Below are positions 18,527 to 32,021 of a stretch of DNA of 60,872 bases, one piece after another; the first letter of the stretch is position 1, and each line of letters starts with the position of its first letter. The translations under genes were made by a program, and so were the position numbers. This stretch comes from Candidatus Methylomirabilota bacterium (GTDB taxonomy: Bacteria > Methylomirabilota > Methylomirabilia > Rokubacteriales > CSP1-6). The stretch is from positions 1 through 60,872 of the forward strand of contig DASSSH010000180.1 in the NCBI GenBank assembly GCA_035708525.1, written 5' to 3'. Below the pieces are notes generated by a model. The model saw nothing but the letters and a program-made list of their open reading frames with translations, was not told the DNA's origin and ran no database searches.

Positions 18527-19653
18527 TGTCGGCCGGGGCCCACGCCGAGGACGAGCGGTGGATGGCCGAGGCGCTGACGCTGGGGGCCCGCGCCCGAGGC
18601 CTCACGTCGCCGAATCCCATGGTGGGCGCGATCGTGGTCCAGCACGGCGAGGCCGCGGGTCGCGGATTCCACGCGCGCGCCGGCGGGCCGCACGCCGAGA
18701 TCGAGGCGATCCGGCAGGCGGGGGACCGCGCGCGCGGGGCCACGCTCTACGTGACCCTCGAGCCATGCAATCATACCGGCCGCACCCCGCCGTGCGCGGA
18801 GGCGATCGTGGCCGCCGGGATCGGCCGCGTGGTCGCGGCCAGCACCGACCCGAACCCACGGGTGAGCGGGGGCGGGGCCGAGGCGCTGCGGCGCGCTGGC
18901 GTCGACGTGAGGCTGGGATGCCTTGAAGCCGACGCGCGGGCGCTCAACCGCGTGTTCTTCACGGCCATGGAGCGGCTGCGGCCGCACGTGACACTCAAGT
19001 GCGCCATGACGCTGGACGGAAAGATCGCGGCCTTCGATCGCTCGTCCCGCTGGATCAGCGGCGAGCCTGCCCGGCGCGAGGCCCACCGATTTCGCAGTGA
19101 AAGCGACGCCATCATCGTCGGGATCGGCACGGCCCTGGCCGACGATCCGGCGCTCACGGTGCGGACCCAGCCTCCGTGGCCGAGAGAGCCGCTCCGGGTC
19201 GTGGTAGACAGCCGCTGCCGGCTGCCACTCACGGCGCGACTGATCGCTTCGGGCACTCCCGCGCGGGCTGTCGTTGCCGTCGGCGACGAGGCGCCGGCGG
19301 CGAGGGTGGAGGCGCTGGCGTCACGCGGCGTGACGGTGCTGCAGTGCAAGTCGCGTGAGGGACGGGTGGACGTGGCCGATCTCAGCGCCCGTCTCTTCAC
19401 CCTGGACGTCCACGGGGCGCTGCTCGAAGGGGGAAGCGAGCTCAGCTGGGCCTTTCTCGAGGCGGGCCTGGTCGACCGCGTCGCGGTGTTCATCGCACCC
19501 ATCCTCCTCGGGGGGACTGGGGCGCCCACCCCGGTGGGCGGGCGCGGGTGGCCCCTGGACGCCGCGCGGCGGCTCCGGTCGGTCGAAGTCCGGCGCATCG
19601 GGGAAGATTGGCTGATCGAAGCGGACGTGATGCGCTCGGGCGGGAACCCGTGA
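18526..19653 (+). CDS. ribD: Bifunctional riboflavin biosynthesis protein RibD (pyrimidine deaminase / uracil reductase)
   Basis: The deaminase zinc motifs HAEIEAI and PCNHTGRTPPC are followed by a reductase C-domain. ATG 18526 shares one nt with the ftsY stop (TGATG). Confidence 0.93.
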   Translation: MSAGAHAEDERWMAEALTLGARARGLTSPNPMVGAIVVQHGEAAGRGFHARAGGPHAEIEAIRQAGDRARGATLYVTLEPCNHTGRTPPCAEAIVAAGIGRVVAASTDPNPRVSGGGAEALRRAGVDVRLGCLEADARALNRVFFTAMERLRPHVTLKCAMTLDGKIAAFDRSSRWISGEPARREAHRFRSESDAIIVGIGTALADDPALTVRTQPPWPREPLRVVVDSRCRLPLTARLIASGTPARAVVAVGDEAPAARVEALASRGVTVLQCKSREGRVDVADLSARLFTLDVHGALLEGGSELSWAFLEAGLVDRVAVFIAPILLGGTGAPTPVGGRGWPLDAARRLRSVEVRRIGEDWLIEADVMRSGGNP

Positions 19654-19654
19654 G

Positions 19655-20248
19655 ATGTTCACGGGGCTGATCGAGGAAGTGGGTCAGGTCGTGGACCGCC
19701 GGGGCTCGCGGCTCGTCGTGAGCGCCCGCGCCGTGCTCGACGACGCCCCGGTCGGCGCCAGCATCGCCGTCAACGGCGTCTGCCTCACTGTCGTGGATCG
19801 CGCTGTCGGGCGACTGGGATTCGATCTGGGACCGGAGACCCTGGCCCGCACGACTCTGGGCGATCTCGCCCCCGGAGAGGGCGTCAACCTCGAACGGCCG
19901 CTTCGCCTGGGTGGCTCGGTCGGAGGCCATCTGGTCCAGGGGCACGTGGACGGAGTGGGGGTCGTGGCCGATCTCATGCGGGAGGGCGACGCCGGGCGAC
20001 TCAGGATAGAATGGCAGGAGCCGGCGCTCGGGGCTCTGTTGATTCCCCAGGGCTCCGTCGCCGTGGACGGGGTCAGCCTGACCGTGGCGGCTCTGGGCGA
20101 TCACGTCTTCGAGATCATGTTGATCCCGCACACCATGGCGGCGACCACGCTGGGCGTGTTCAAAGCCGGGCGGCGGGTTAACCTGGAGATGGACATGATC
20201 GGCAAGTACGTGCAGCGCATCCTGTCCCTGCGAGGTGACCGATCGTGA
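19655..20248 (+). CDS. ribE: Riboflavin synthase (alpha chain)
   Basis: 197 aa with an [11 protein letters not shown]-terminus and a duplicated lumazine-binding barrel. Confidence 0.93.
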   Translation: MFTGLIEEVGQVVDRRGSRLVVSARAVLDDAPVGASIAVNGVCLTVVDRAVGRLGFDLGPETLARTTLGDLAPGEGVNLERPLRLGGSVGGHLVQGHVDGVGVVADLMREGDAGRLRIEWQEPALGALLIPQGSVAVDGVSLTVAALGDHVFEIMLIPHTMAATTLGVFKAGRRVNLEMDMIGKYVQRILSLRGDRS

Positions 20249-21471
20249 CGACGGATCGGGTCCGGGAATTCGCCACCATCGAAGCGGCTGTCGAGGAGAT
20301 TCGCGCGGGCCGGATGCTCGTCGTCGTGGACGATGAGGACCGCGAGAACGAAGGCGATCTGCTCATGGCAGCCGACAAGGTGACACCCGAGGCCGTGAAC
20401 TTCATGGCCAAGCACGGGCGGGGCATCATTTGCATGCCGATGCTGGGCGAGCGGCTCGACGAGCTGCAGATCTCCATGATGGTATCCGACAACACGGCGC
20501 CCCTCGGGACGGCGTTCACAGTCAGCGTGGACGCCCGTCGCGGGGTGACGACGGGCACGTCGGCCTACGACCGCGCGGTGACGATCCGGACTCTGGTCGA
20601 TCCCCGGACGCGCTCCGACGACCTGACCCGGCCCGGCCATATCTTTCCGCTCCGAGCCATGCCGGGCGGCGTTCTGCGTCGTGCCGGCCACACCGAGGCC
20701 GCCGTGGACCTGGCTCGCCTCGCGGGGTGCTCGCCCGCCGGCGTCATCTGCGAGGTCCTCGATCACGAGGGCGGGATGGCCCGAGTCCCGGAGCTGATGG
20801 AGCTCGCCCGGGCCCACGGTCTCCGGGTGATCACGATCAAGGACCTGATCGAGTACCGCATCCAGAAGGAGAAGCTGGTGCGGCGCGCCGCCACAACGCG
20901 GCTGCCCACGGATTACGGGGAGTTCACCGTGATCGCCTACGAGACGACGGTGGACGATCGCCTTCCGCTGGCGCTCGTCATGGGCGACGTCGCGGGCGAT
21001 GAGCCGACGCTCGTGCGCGTCCACTCGGAGTGCCTGACCGGCGACGTGTTCGGCTCGCGCCGCTGTGACTGCGGCTCGCAGCTCTACAAGGCATTGGCCA
21101 TCATCGAGCGCGAAGGGCGGGGGATCCTGGTCTACATGCGGCAGGAAGGGCGGGGCATCGGGCTGCTCAACAAGCTGCGCGCCTACGAGCTCCAGGACCA
21201 GGGGAAGGACACCGTGGAGGCGAACCACGCGCTCGGCTTCCGCGCCGACCTCCGGCACTATGGCATCGGGGCCCAGATCCTGGTGGACCTCGGAGTCAAG
21301 AACCTGAGGATTCTCACGAACAATCCCAAGAAGATCGTGGGCATCGAAGGCTACGGGCTGCACGTGGTCGAGCGCGTGCCGATCGAGATCCCGGCCACCG
21401 ACGCCAACCGCCGGTACCTGCTGACCAAGCGCGACAAGCTTGGTCACCTGTTCAGCTCCTTCCCGGACTAG
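20245..21471 (+). CDS. ribBA: Bifunctional 3,4-dihydroxy-2-butanone-4-phosphate synthase / GTP cyclohydrolase II
   Basis: The DHBP synthase half carries [11 protein letters not shown]. The GCH II half carries the zinc site [18 protein letters not shown]. Confidence 0.95.
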   Translation: MTTDRVREFATIEAAVEEIRAGRMLVVVDDEDRENEGDLLMAADKVTPEAVNFMAKHGRGIICMPMLGERLDELQISMMVSDNTAPLGTAFTVSVDARRGVTTGTSAYDRAVTIRTLVDPRTRSDDLTRPGHIFPLRAMPGGVLRRAGHTEAAVDLARLAGCSPAGVICEVLDHEGGMARVPELMELARAHGLRVITIKDLIEYRIQKEKLVRRAATTRLPTDYGEFTVIAYETTVDDRLPLALVMGDVAGDEPTLVRVHSECLTGDVFGSRRCDCGSQLYKALAIIEREGRGILVYMRQEGRGIGLLNKLRAYELQDQGKDTVEANHALGFRADLRHYGIGAQILVDLGVKNLRILTNNPKKIVGIEGYGLHVVERVPIEIPATDANRRYLLTKRDKLGHLFSSFPD

Positions 21472-21476
21472 CTTCC

Positions 21477-22019
21477 ATGGCCGGACGGGCCCCCAAGGCG
21501 GCTGTGCGCTCCAAGACCGCCGGCGAGCGCTTCGCGGTCATCGTCGCGCGGTTCAACGAGGCGATCTCCAAGAAGCTGCTCGACGGCGCGCTCGAGGCCC
21601 TCGCGGCTCACGGCGTCGGAAGTGAGGCCGCCGAGGTGCACTGGGTCCCGGGGTCCTTCGAGCTGCCCCAGGCCGCCGCCGCGCTGGCGAAGACGGGGCG
21701 ATACAGCGCGATCATCTGCCTCGGCGTCGTCGTGAAGGGCCAAACCCCCCATTTCGAGCTCGTGGCCGGCGCCGCGGCGCAGGGCATCACACGAGCGGCG
21801 CTCGCCAGTGGCGTGCCCGTGAGCTTCGGAGTGGTGACGGCCCTGACGGAAGAACAGGCCTGGGAGCGGGCCGGGGGGGCGGTTGGCAACCGCGGTGAGG
21901 AAGCCGCCGCCGCCGCGCTGGAGATGGCACGGTGGACGCGGGGGCTGACCACCGGCCGCGCGGGGCGCGGCGGGGTCGGTCGACGTCGGCGGGGCGCCCG
22001 GTCCCCACGGAGAAGATAA
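21477..22019 (+). CDS. ribH: 6,7-dimethyl-8-ribityllumazine synthase with an Arg/Gly-rich C-terminal tail
   Basis: FAVIVARFNEAISKKLLDGA..., VPGSFELP, GVVVKGQTPHFE. About 25 extra residues follow the usual C-terminus (...GRAGRGGVGRRRRGARSPRRR). Confidence 0.9.
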   Translation: MAGRAPKAAVRSKTAGERFAVIVARFNEAISKKLLDGALEALAAHGVGSEAAEVHWVPGSFELPQAAAALAKTGRYSAIICLGVVVKGQTPHFELVAGAAAQGITRAALASGVPVSFGVVTALTEEQAWERAGGAVGNRGEEAAAAALEMARWTRGLTTGRAGRGGVGRRRRGARSPRRR

Positions 22020-22436
22020 GTGGGCCGCCGCCGCAAGGCCCGTGAGCTCGCGCTGCAGCTGCTCTACCAGCTAGACGTGCAGGGCGAGTGCAGTGCCGAG
22101 CCGCACCTCGAGGAGTTCTGGGCGCGGCACCCCGTCGACCGCGAGGTGCGGGAATTCGCCGAAGCGCTGGTCCGAGGCACCAAGCAGCACGAGGCAAAGA
22201 TCGACGAGATGATCTCCCAGTCCGCCCAGAACTGGGAACTGGACCGCATGGCCGTGGTGGACCGCAACATCCTCCGGCAGGGGATCTTCGAGCTGCTCTG
22301 GATGGGCGACGCGCCTCCCAAGGTCGCGATCAACGAGGCGCTCGAGGTCGCCAAGAAGTTCAGCACGCAGGAGTCTAGCCGGTTCATCAACGGCATTCTG
22401 GACCGGATCCACAAAGAGCTGGGCCCTCCTTCCTGA
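22020..22436 (+). CDS. nusB: Transcription antitermination factor NusB
   Basis: The GTG start immediately follows the ribH TAA, and GGAGAAG lies 8 nt upstream. The N-terminus contains RRKARELALQLLYQ. Confidence 0.92.
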   Translation: MGRRRKARELALQLLYQLDVQGECSAEPHLEEFWARHPVDREVREFAEALVRGTKQHEAKIDEMISQSAQNWELDRMAVVDRNILRQGIFELLWMGDAPPKVAINEALEVAKKFSTQESSRFINGILDRIHKELGPPS

Positions 22437-22461
22437 CGACCGATCTCGACGGGCGGCGACC

Positions 22462-23202
22462 ATCCGGTACGCGATCCTCTCGGACATCCACGCCAATCTG
22501 GAAGCCCTGACCGCGGTGCTGTCGGACGCGTCGCGCGAGGGCGCTCAGACGGTGCTCTGCCTCGGCGACGTCGTCGGCTACGGAGCCGATCCGGTCCCGT
22601 GCGTCGAAGCCCTCGGCGAGCGGGCCGCGGCAATCGTGGCCGGCAACCACGAGCATGGCGCAATCGGCCGCCTCGACCTGCGATGGTTCAACCCGTACGC
22701 GCGCGCCGCGGCCGTCTGGACCGGCGCCCGGCTGAGCGAGGATCACCGGCGGTACCTCGAGCGACTGCCGCTCACGACCGTCGTCGATGACTCGACGCTG
22801 GTGCACGCCAGCCCGCGCAATCCGGACGAGTGGGATTACCTCATGTCGCCCGATGACGGCTTCGCGGTGTTCGGCGATTTCGACACGCGCCTCTGCTTCG
22901 TCGGGCACTCCCACCGACCGGGCCTCTGGTCGCTCGGCAGCAGCGGGCCGGAGTACGTGGGCCGTCTACCGGGCGGGGAGGCCAGCATCCGCCTCGAGGA
23001 CGGCCGACGCTACATCGTCAATGTGGGCAGCGTGGGCCAGCCGCGTGATCGGGACCCACGCGCGGCCTACACGCTCTGGGACCGAGAGGCGCGGACCGTG
23101 ACGATCCGGCGCGTCGCGTACGATCACCGGACCGCGGCAGAGAAAATTCTCGCGGCCGGGCTGCCGAGGCTGCTGGCCGACCGCCTGGCTGATGGAGTCT
23201 GA
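22462..23202 (+). CDS. Calcineurin-like metallophosphoesterase (YfcE/MJ0936-like); the start codon is non-canonical or unresolved
   Basis: Motifs in order are SDIH (DxH, 22480-22491), GDVVGYG, GNHE and GHSH. The first ATG/GTG/TTG is GTG 22516, downstream of the DxH motif. I propose ATC 22462 as the start, giving (M)RYAILSDIH; see the finding. Confidence 0.7.
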   Translation: MRYAILSDIHANLEALTAVLSDASREGAQTVLCLGDVVGYGADPVPCVEALGERAAAIVAGNHEHGAIGRLDLRWFNPYARAAAVWTGARLSEDHRRYLERLPLTTVVDDSTLVHASPRNPDEWDYLMSPDDGFAVFGDFDTRLCFVGHSHRPGLWSLGSSGPEYVGRLPGGEASIRLEDGRRYIVNVGSVGQPRDRDPRAAYTLWDREARTVTIRRVAYDHRTAAEKILAAGLPRLLADRLADGV

Positions 23203-24748
23203 GCGCCCGGGTCTTCTCGCCCAGGAGCGCGTCCGCCAGACCCTGCTCGTGGCCTCCGGGGTCATGGGCGCGCTGGCCTTTCCGACGACGGACTGGTCGC
23301 TCTTCGCCTGGGTCTGGCTGATCCCGACCCTACTGGCCGCCCTCGAGCGGCAGCCGCGCGAAGCCCTGGCCGACGGCTGGCTCGCCGGGACGACTTTCTT
23401 CCTCGTGCTGCTGCGCTGGCTCGATTTCACCTTCCGCAACTACAGCGCGATCCCGTGGCCGGTGACCTGGCTGCCCATCCTCGCCCTGTCCGCCTACTGC
23501 GGGCTCTATGTCGGGCTTGTGGCCTGGAGCGTAGCGCGCTTGACCGCCGTCGTGGGACCGGGCTGGGCGCTGACCCTGGGGCCCGCCCTGTGGGTCGGGG
23601 GAGAGTGGATCCGCGGCCGGCTCATGGGCGGCTTCCCGTGGGGACTGCTCGGCTATTCCCAGCACGCGACGCTGGCGGTGATCCAGGTCGCCGAGCTCGG
23701 CGGCGTCTACGCGATCTCGCTCCTGGTCGTGGCGGTCAACTGCGCCCTCGCAGCCGTGCTCGGGCTCGGCCTGCGCCGCGCCGCTCCCGGCATGACGGCC
23801 ACGGCTCTGCTGTTGCTGCTCTCGCTCGGCTTCGGCTGGTGGATCCTGAGCCGCGAGTCCGCGCCGGCCGGCGGCCGGACCATTCGATCGGTCGACGTGG
23901 CGGTGATCCAGCCCTCCATCGAGCAGACGCTGAAATGGGATCCGACCCGGCATGCCGAGACCATGGCGATCTACGAGCGACTCACCCGCGAGGCCGCGCA
24001 GCCCAAGGGCGATGCCGTCCCGGCCGCCGTCCTGTGGCCCGAGACGGCGGCGACCATTTTCCTGCGCGGCGACGGGGAGCTCCTGGCTCGACTCACCCAG
24101 CTGTCGGCCGAGCTCGACACCCCCCTGCTGATCGGCTCCCTCGACCGCCAGCCGGGGCCCCGGGGGAAGTACCTGAACAGCGCATTTTTCCTGACCGGAC
24201 AAGGGATTAGGGCCAAGTATGATAAGATTCACTTGGTGCCGTTCGGGGAGTACGTCCCGCTGTCCGGACTGATCGGTTTCGTCCGCAGCTGGGCGGAGTT
24301 CATCTCCGACTTCGGCGCGGGCGAGACGCACACCGTCTTCCCCTTGCCCGGAGCACCCTTCGGGACCGTGATCTGCTACGAGGTCATCTTCCCGGAGCTG
24401 TTCCGCGAGTTCGTCGTGGCCGGCGCCAGCTTTATGAGCAACATCACGAACGACGCGTGGTTCGGCGAGACGAGCGGCCCCTGGCAACATCTGGCGATGC
24501 TGCCGCTCCGGGCGGTGGAGCATCGTGTGGGGATCGCGCGGGCGGCGAACACGGGCATCTCGGCGTTCGTGACGCCGACTGGCCGGCTGGCCGGTTCGCT
24601 CCCACTCTTCGAGCGTGGGGTGCTCCGGATGCCGGTCGAGCTGCGGTCCCGCGCCACGCTCTACACGCGCTGGGGCGACTGGCTGGCGTATCTCTGTCTC
24701 GGCCTGTCGGCCCTGGGGCTGGGCCTGTCACGTTCTCGGAGGACTTGA
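23192..24748 (+). CDS. lnt: Apolipoprotein N-acyltransferase
   Basis: 518 aa with a polytopic N-terminal half and a CN-hydrolase domain carrying the catalytic Cys in VICYEVIFPE. Confidence 0.93.
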   Translation: MESERPGLLAQERVRQTLLVASGVMGALAFPTTDWSLFAWVWLIPTLLAALERQPREALADGWLAGTTFFLVLLRWLDFTFRNYSAIPWPVTWLPILALSAYCGLYVGLVAWSVARLTAVVGPGWALTLGPALWVGGEWIRGRLMGGFPWGLLGYSQHATLAVIQVAELGGVYAISLLVVAVNCALAAVLGLGLRRAAPGMTATALLLLLSLGFGWWILSRESAPAGGRTIRSVDVAVIQPSIEQTLKWDPTRHAETMAIYERLTREAAQPKGDAVPAAVLWPETAATIFLRGDGELLARLTQLSAELDTPLLIGSLDRQPGPRGKYLNSAFFLTGQGIRAKYDKIHLVPFGEYVPLSGLIGFVRSWAEFISDFGAGETHTVFPLPGAPFGTVICYEVIFPELFREFVVAGASFMSNITNDAWFGETSGPWQHLAMLPLRAVEHRVGIARAANTGISAFVTPTGRLAGSLPLFERGVLRMPVELRSRATLYTRWGDWLAYLCLGLSALGLGLSRSRRT

Positions 24749-24753
24749 GCCAC

Positions 24754-25855
24754 ATGCTGAGCGATCTGAAGCGCAACATCCAGGAGCTGGAGAAGCGGCT
24801 CGACGACCTCCGGAGCCATCTTTGACCTCCCCCGGAAAGAAGCCCGCCTGAGCGAGATCGACGCCGAGATGTCTTCGGCGAATTTTTGGGACGACAGCCG
24901 GAAGGCGCAGTCTGTCGTCCAGGAACGGGCCGAGCTCGCGCGGACGGTCGCCACCGTCACGGACCTGGCCACCCAGGCGGAAGAAGCGCGACTGCTGTGG
25001 GAGATGGCCAGCGAGGCCGGGGACGAGAGCGTCGTCCCGGAGATCGACGAGCGACTCGGTGCGCTGGGCCGCGGTCTCGAGGCCTTCGAGCTCAAGGTCG
25101 TGCTCTCGGGCCCCCAGGACCGGAAGAACGCGATCATGTCCATTCACCCGGGCGCCGGCGGCACCGAGTCACAGGACTGGGCTCAGGTGCTCGTGCGGAT
25201 GTATCTGCGGTGGGCGGAGCGCGCCGGGTTCAACGCGGAAGTCGTCGACCTGCAGGTGGGCGACGAGGCGGGGATCAAGTCGGCGACCATCGAAATTACC
25301 GGGGAGTACGCGTACGGGTATCTCAAGAGCGAGATCGGCGTGCATCGGCTCATCCGCATCTCGCCGTTCGACGCCTCCAAGCGGCGCCACACGTCGTTCG
25401 CGTCGGTCGCCGTGATCCCCGAGGTCGAGGACGTGGAGGTGGTCGTCAAGGACGAGGATATCCGCGTGGACGTGTATCGCTCATCGGGTCCGGGTGGGCA
25501 GGGAGTCAACACGGCAGACTCGGCCGTGCGCATCACCCATCTGCCGACCGGGATCGTGGTCGCCTGCCAGAACGAGCGCTCGCAACTCCGCAACCGCGAC
25601 ACCGCGATGCGGATCCTGAAGGCCCGGCTCTTCCAGCTCTACGAGAAGAAGCAGAAGGAGGAGCTAGCCGATCTCACCGGCGAGAAGAAGGAGATCGCCT
25701 TCGGCAGCCAGATCCGCACCTACACTTTCCACCCCTACCAGATCATCAAGGACCACCGGACGGGTCTCGAGGTGGGCAACGTGGACACCGTCATGGATGG
25801 CGGGCTCGATCCGTTCATCCAGGCCTTCCTCAAGGGCCAGAGGCTGGGCTCCTAG
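24754..25855 (+). CDS. prfB: Peptide chain release factor 2, requiring a programmed +1 frameshift: join(24754..24822,24824..25855)
   Basis: Frame 0 reads MLSDLKRNIQELEKRLDDLRSHL and then CTT TGA C at 24820-24826. The +1 frame continues DLPRKEARLSEIDAEMSSANFWDD... It carries the SPF tripeptide (RISPFDA) and the GGQ motif (GPGGQGVN). Confidence 0.93.
24812..24826 (+). other. prfB +1 frameshift cassette: internal SD-like GGAG, spacer, CTT TGA C
   Basis: GGAGCCATCTTTGAC read directly. It has the same architecture as the autoregulatory site known for bacterial prfB. Confidence 0.9.
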
Positions 25856-25859
25856 GCCG

Positions 25860-27433
<1,574 letters not shown>

Positions 27434-27434
<1 letters not shown>

Positions 27435-28670
27435 TGGCCGGCCGCGGCCTCCCCTTTGAGCTGTTCCTCGGGCTGCGGTATCTGCGCGCCCGGGGGCATC
27501 GCGCCAACCTCTCGCTGTTCGTCTGGATCGGTATCGGGGGCGTCTTCCTGGGCGTGAGCGCCCTCATCGTGGTGCTGGCCGTGATGACCGGCTTCCAGGA
27601 GGGAATCCGCGAGAAGATCATCGCCGCCAACCCCCACATCCTGATCATGGAGGCGGCCGGCCAGGGGGTGGCCGATGCGGGGGCTCTCGCGGCTCGCGTG
27701 GCGCCCGTCAAGGGCGTCAAGTCCGCGACCCCGTTCGTCCTGGAGCAGGCGCTGTTCACGGCGCGGGGCGGGCGCGCCACGGGCGGACTGCTCCGCGGAG
27801 TCGACCTGGCGTCGCCCACGGTCCGCGGGGCCCTCGCCTCCGCCATGAAGCTCGGCAGCGTCGCGCCGCTGCTGCGGCCCAGCGGAGAGCCCGCCATCCT
27901 GCTCGGGCGGGAGCTGGCGCGTACCCTGGGCGTCGTCCCCGGCGACTTCGTGACGGTGATCTCGCCCAAGGGCGCCATGACGGCCGTCGGCCTCGTCCCC
28001 AAGATGCGGCGCTTCGAGGTGGCGGGTCTCGTCGAGGTAGGCATGTACGAGTACGACGCCTCGCTCGCCTACACGACGCTGCGGGCCGCCCAGGAGTTCG
28101 CGGGGCTGGGGGACCGCGTCACCGGCATCGAGGTCAAGCTCGACGACCCGTTCGAGGCCAAATCCATCGCCCCCAGGATCCTCGAGGCGCTCGGCGGCCT
28201 CTACTGGCTGCGCGACTGGATGGACATGAACCGGAACCTGTTCGCGGCCCTCCAGCTCGAGAAGCTGGCGCTGTTCGTCATCGTCACGATCATCGTGCTG
28301 GTGGCCGCCTTCGCGATCATCGGTCACCTCGTCCTCCTGGTAGCCGAGAAGCGCAAGGAGATCGGCATCCTCAAGGCGATGGGGGCGAGCGCGGGGAGCA
28401 TCGGCGCCGTCTTCCTCGTGGCGGGCATGCTGATCGGTGTCGTGGGCACCGTCGCGGGCAGCGTCTTCGGGCTGCTGCTCATCTGGGTGCAGAACACCTA
28501 TCACATCATTCGACTGGCCGGCGACGTGTACCAGATCAGCTACTTGCCGATGAAGCTGACGGGCGTCGACTTCGCCATGGTAGTGGGCGCGACCCTGGTG
28601 ATCTCCTTTCTCGCGACGCTCTCGCCCGCGCGACGGGCCGCACGCCTCGATCCGGTGGACGTGCTCCGCT

Positions 28671-28678
<8 letters not shown>
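27434..28678 (+). CDS. lolC: Lipoprotein-releasing system permease (LolC/LolE family, FtsX-like); it is the only permease gene present
   Basis: 414 aa. The N-terminus is FELFLGLRYLRAR, and there is a large periplasmic loop and a C-terminal FtsX 3-TM bundle. Confidence 0.88.
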
Positions 28679-29354
<676 letters not shown>

Positions 29355-29384
29355 CCCCCAAGCCCTAGGGGGAAAGAGGGCATC

Positions 29385-29401
29385 GCTGCCTATTCGGCAG
29401 C
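29385..29401 (+). terminator. Stem-loop GCTGCC-TATTC-GGCAGC after lolD (weak terminator candidate)
   Basis: A perfect 6-bp stem is followed only by TTAGGG, a poor U-tract. A second GC hairpin, CCCCC-N8-GGGGG, lies at 29355-29372. Confidence 0.3.
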
Positions 29402-29455
29402 TTAGGGCGATCAGCAGGATCCCCAGCCAACAAAACCCTAGGAGGCGGGACCCAG

Positions 29456-29484
29456 CAAGGTTATACTGTTCGCAGGGTTAGACT
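29456..29484 (+). promoter_or_regulatory. Direct repeat CAAGGTTATACT / CAGGGTTAGACT (17-bp period) upstream of clpC; each copy contains a -10-like TAnACT
   Basis: Read directly: copies at 29456-29467 and 29473-29484 match at 10 of 12 positions. They lie about 70-95 nt upstream of the clpC GTG at 29551. Confidence 0.4.
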
Positions 29485-29550
29485 CCACGCAGGCCACCTG
29501 AATCCCCGGCGGGTTACCGGGTCCTCCGGGTGAGGGAGCGAGGTCCGAAA

Positions 29551-31998
<2,448 letters not shown>

Positions 31999-32021
31999 AC
32001 GAAGGCGCGCGAGCCACTTTC

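Noticed and set aside
18400-18530. Expected FMN (RFN) riboswitch in front of ribD
   Set aside because: There is no non-coding sequence: ribD starts on the last base of the ftsY stop codon. Its absence is recorded as a finding instead.
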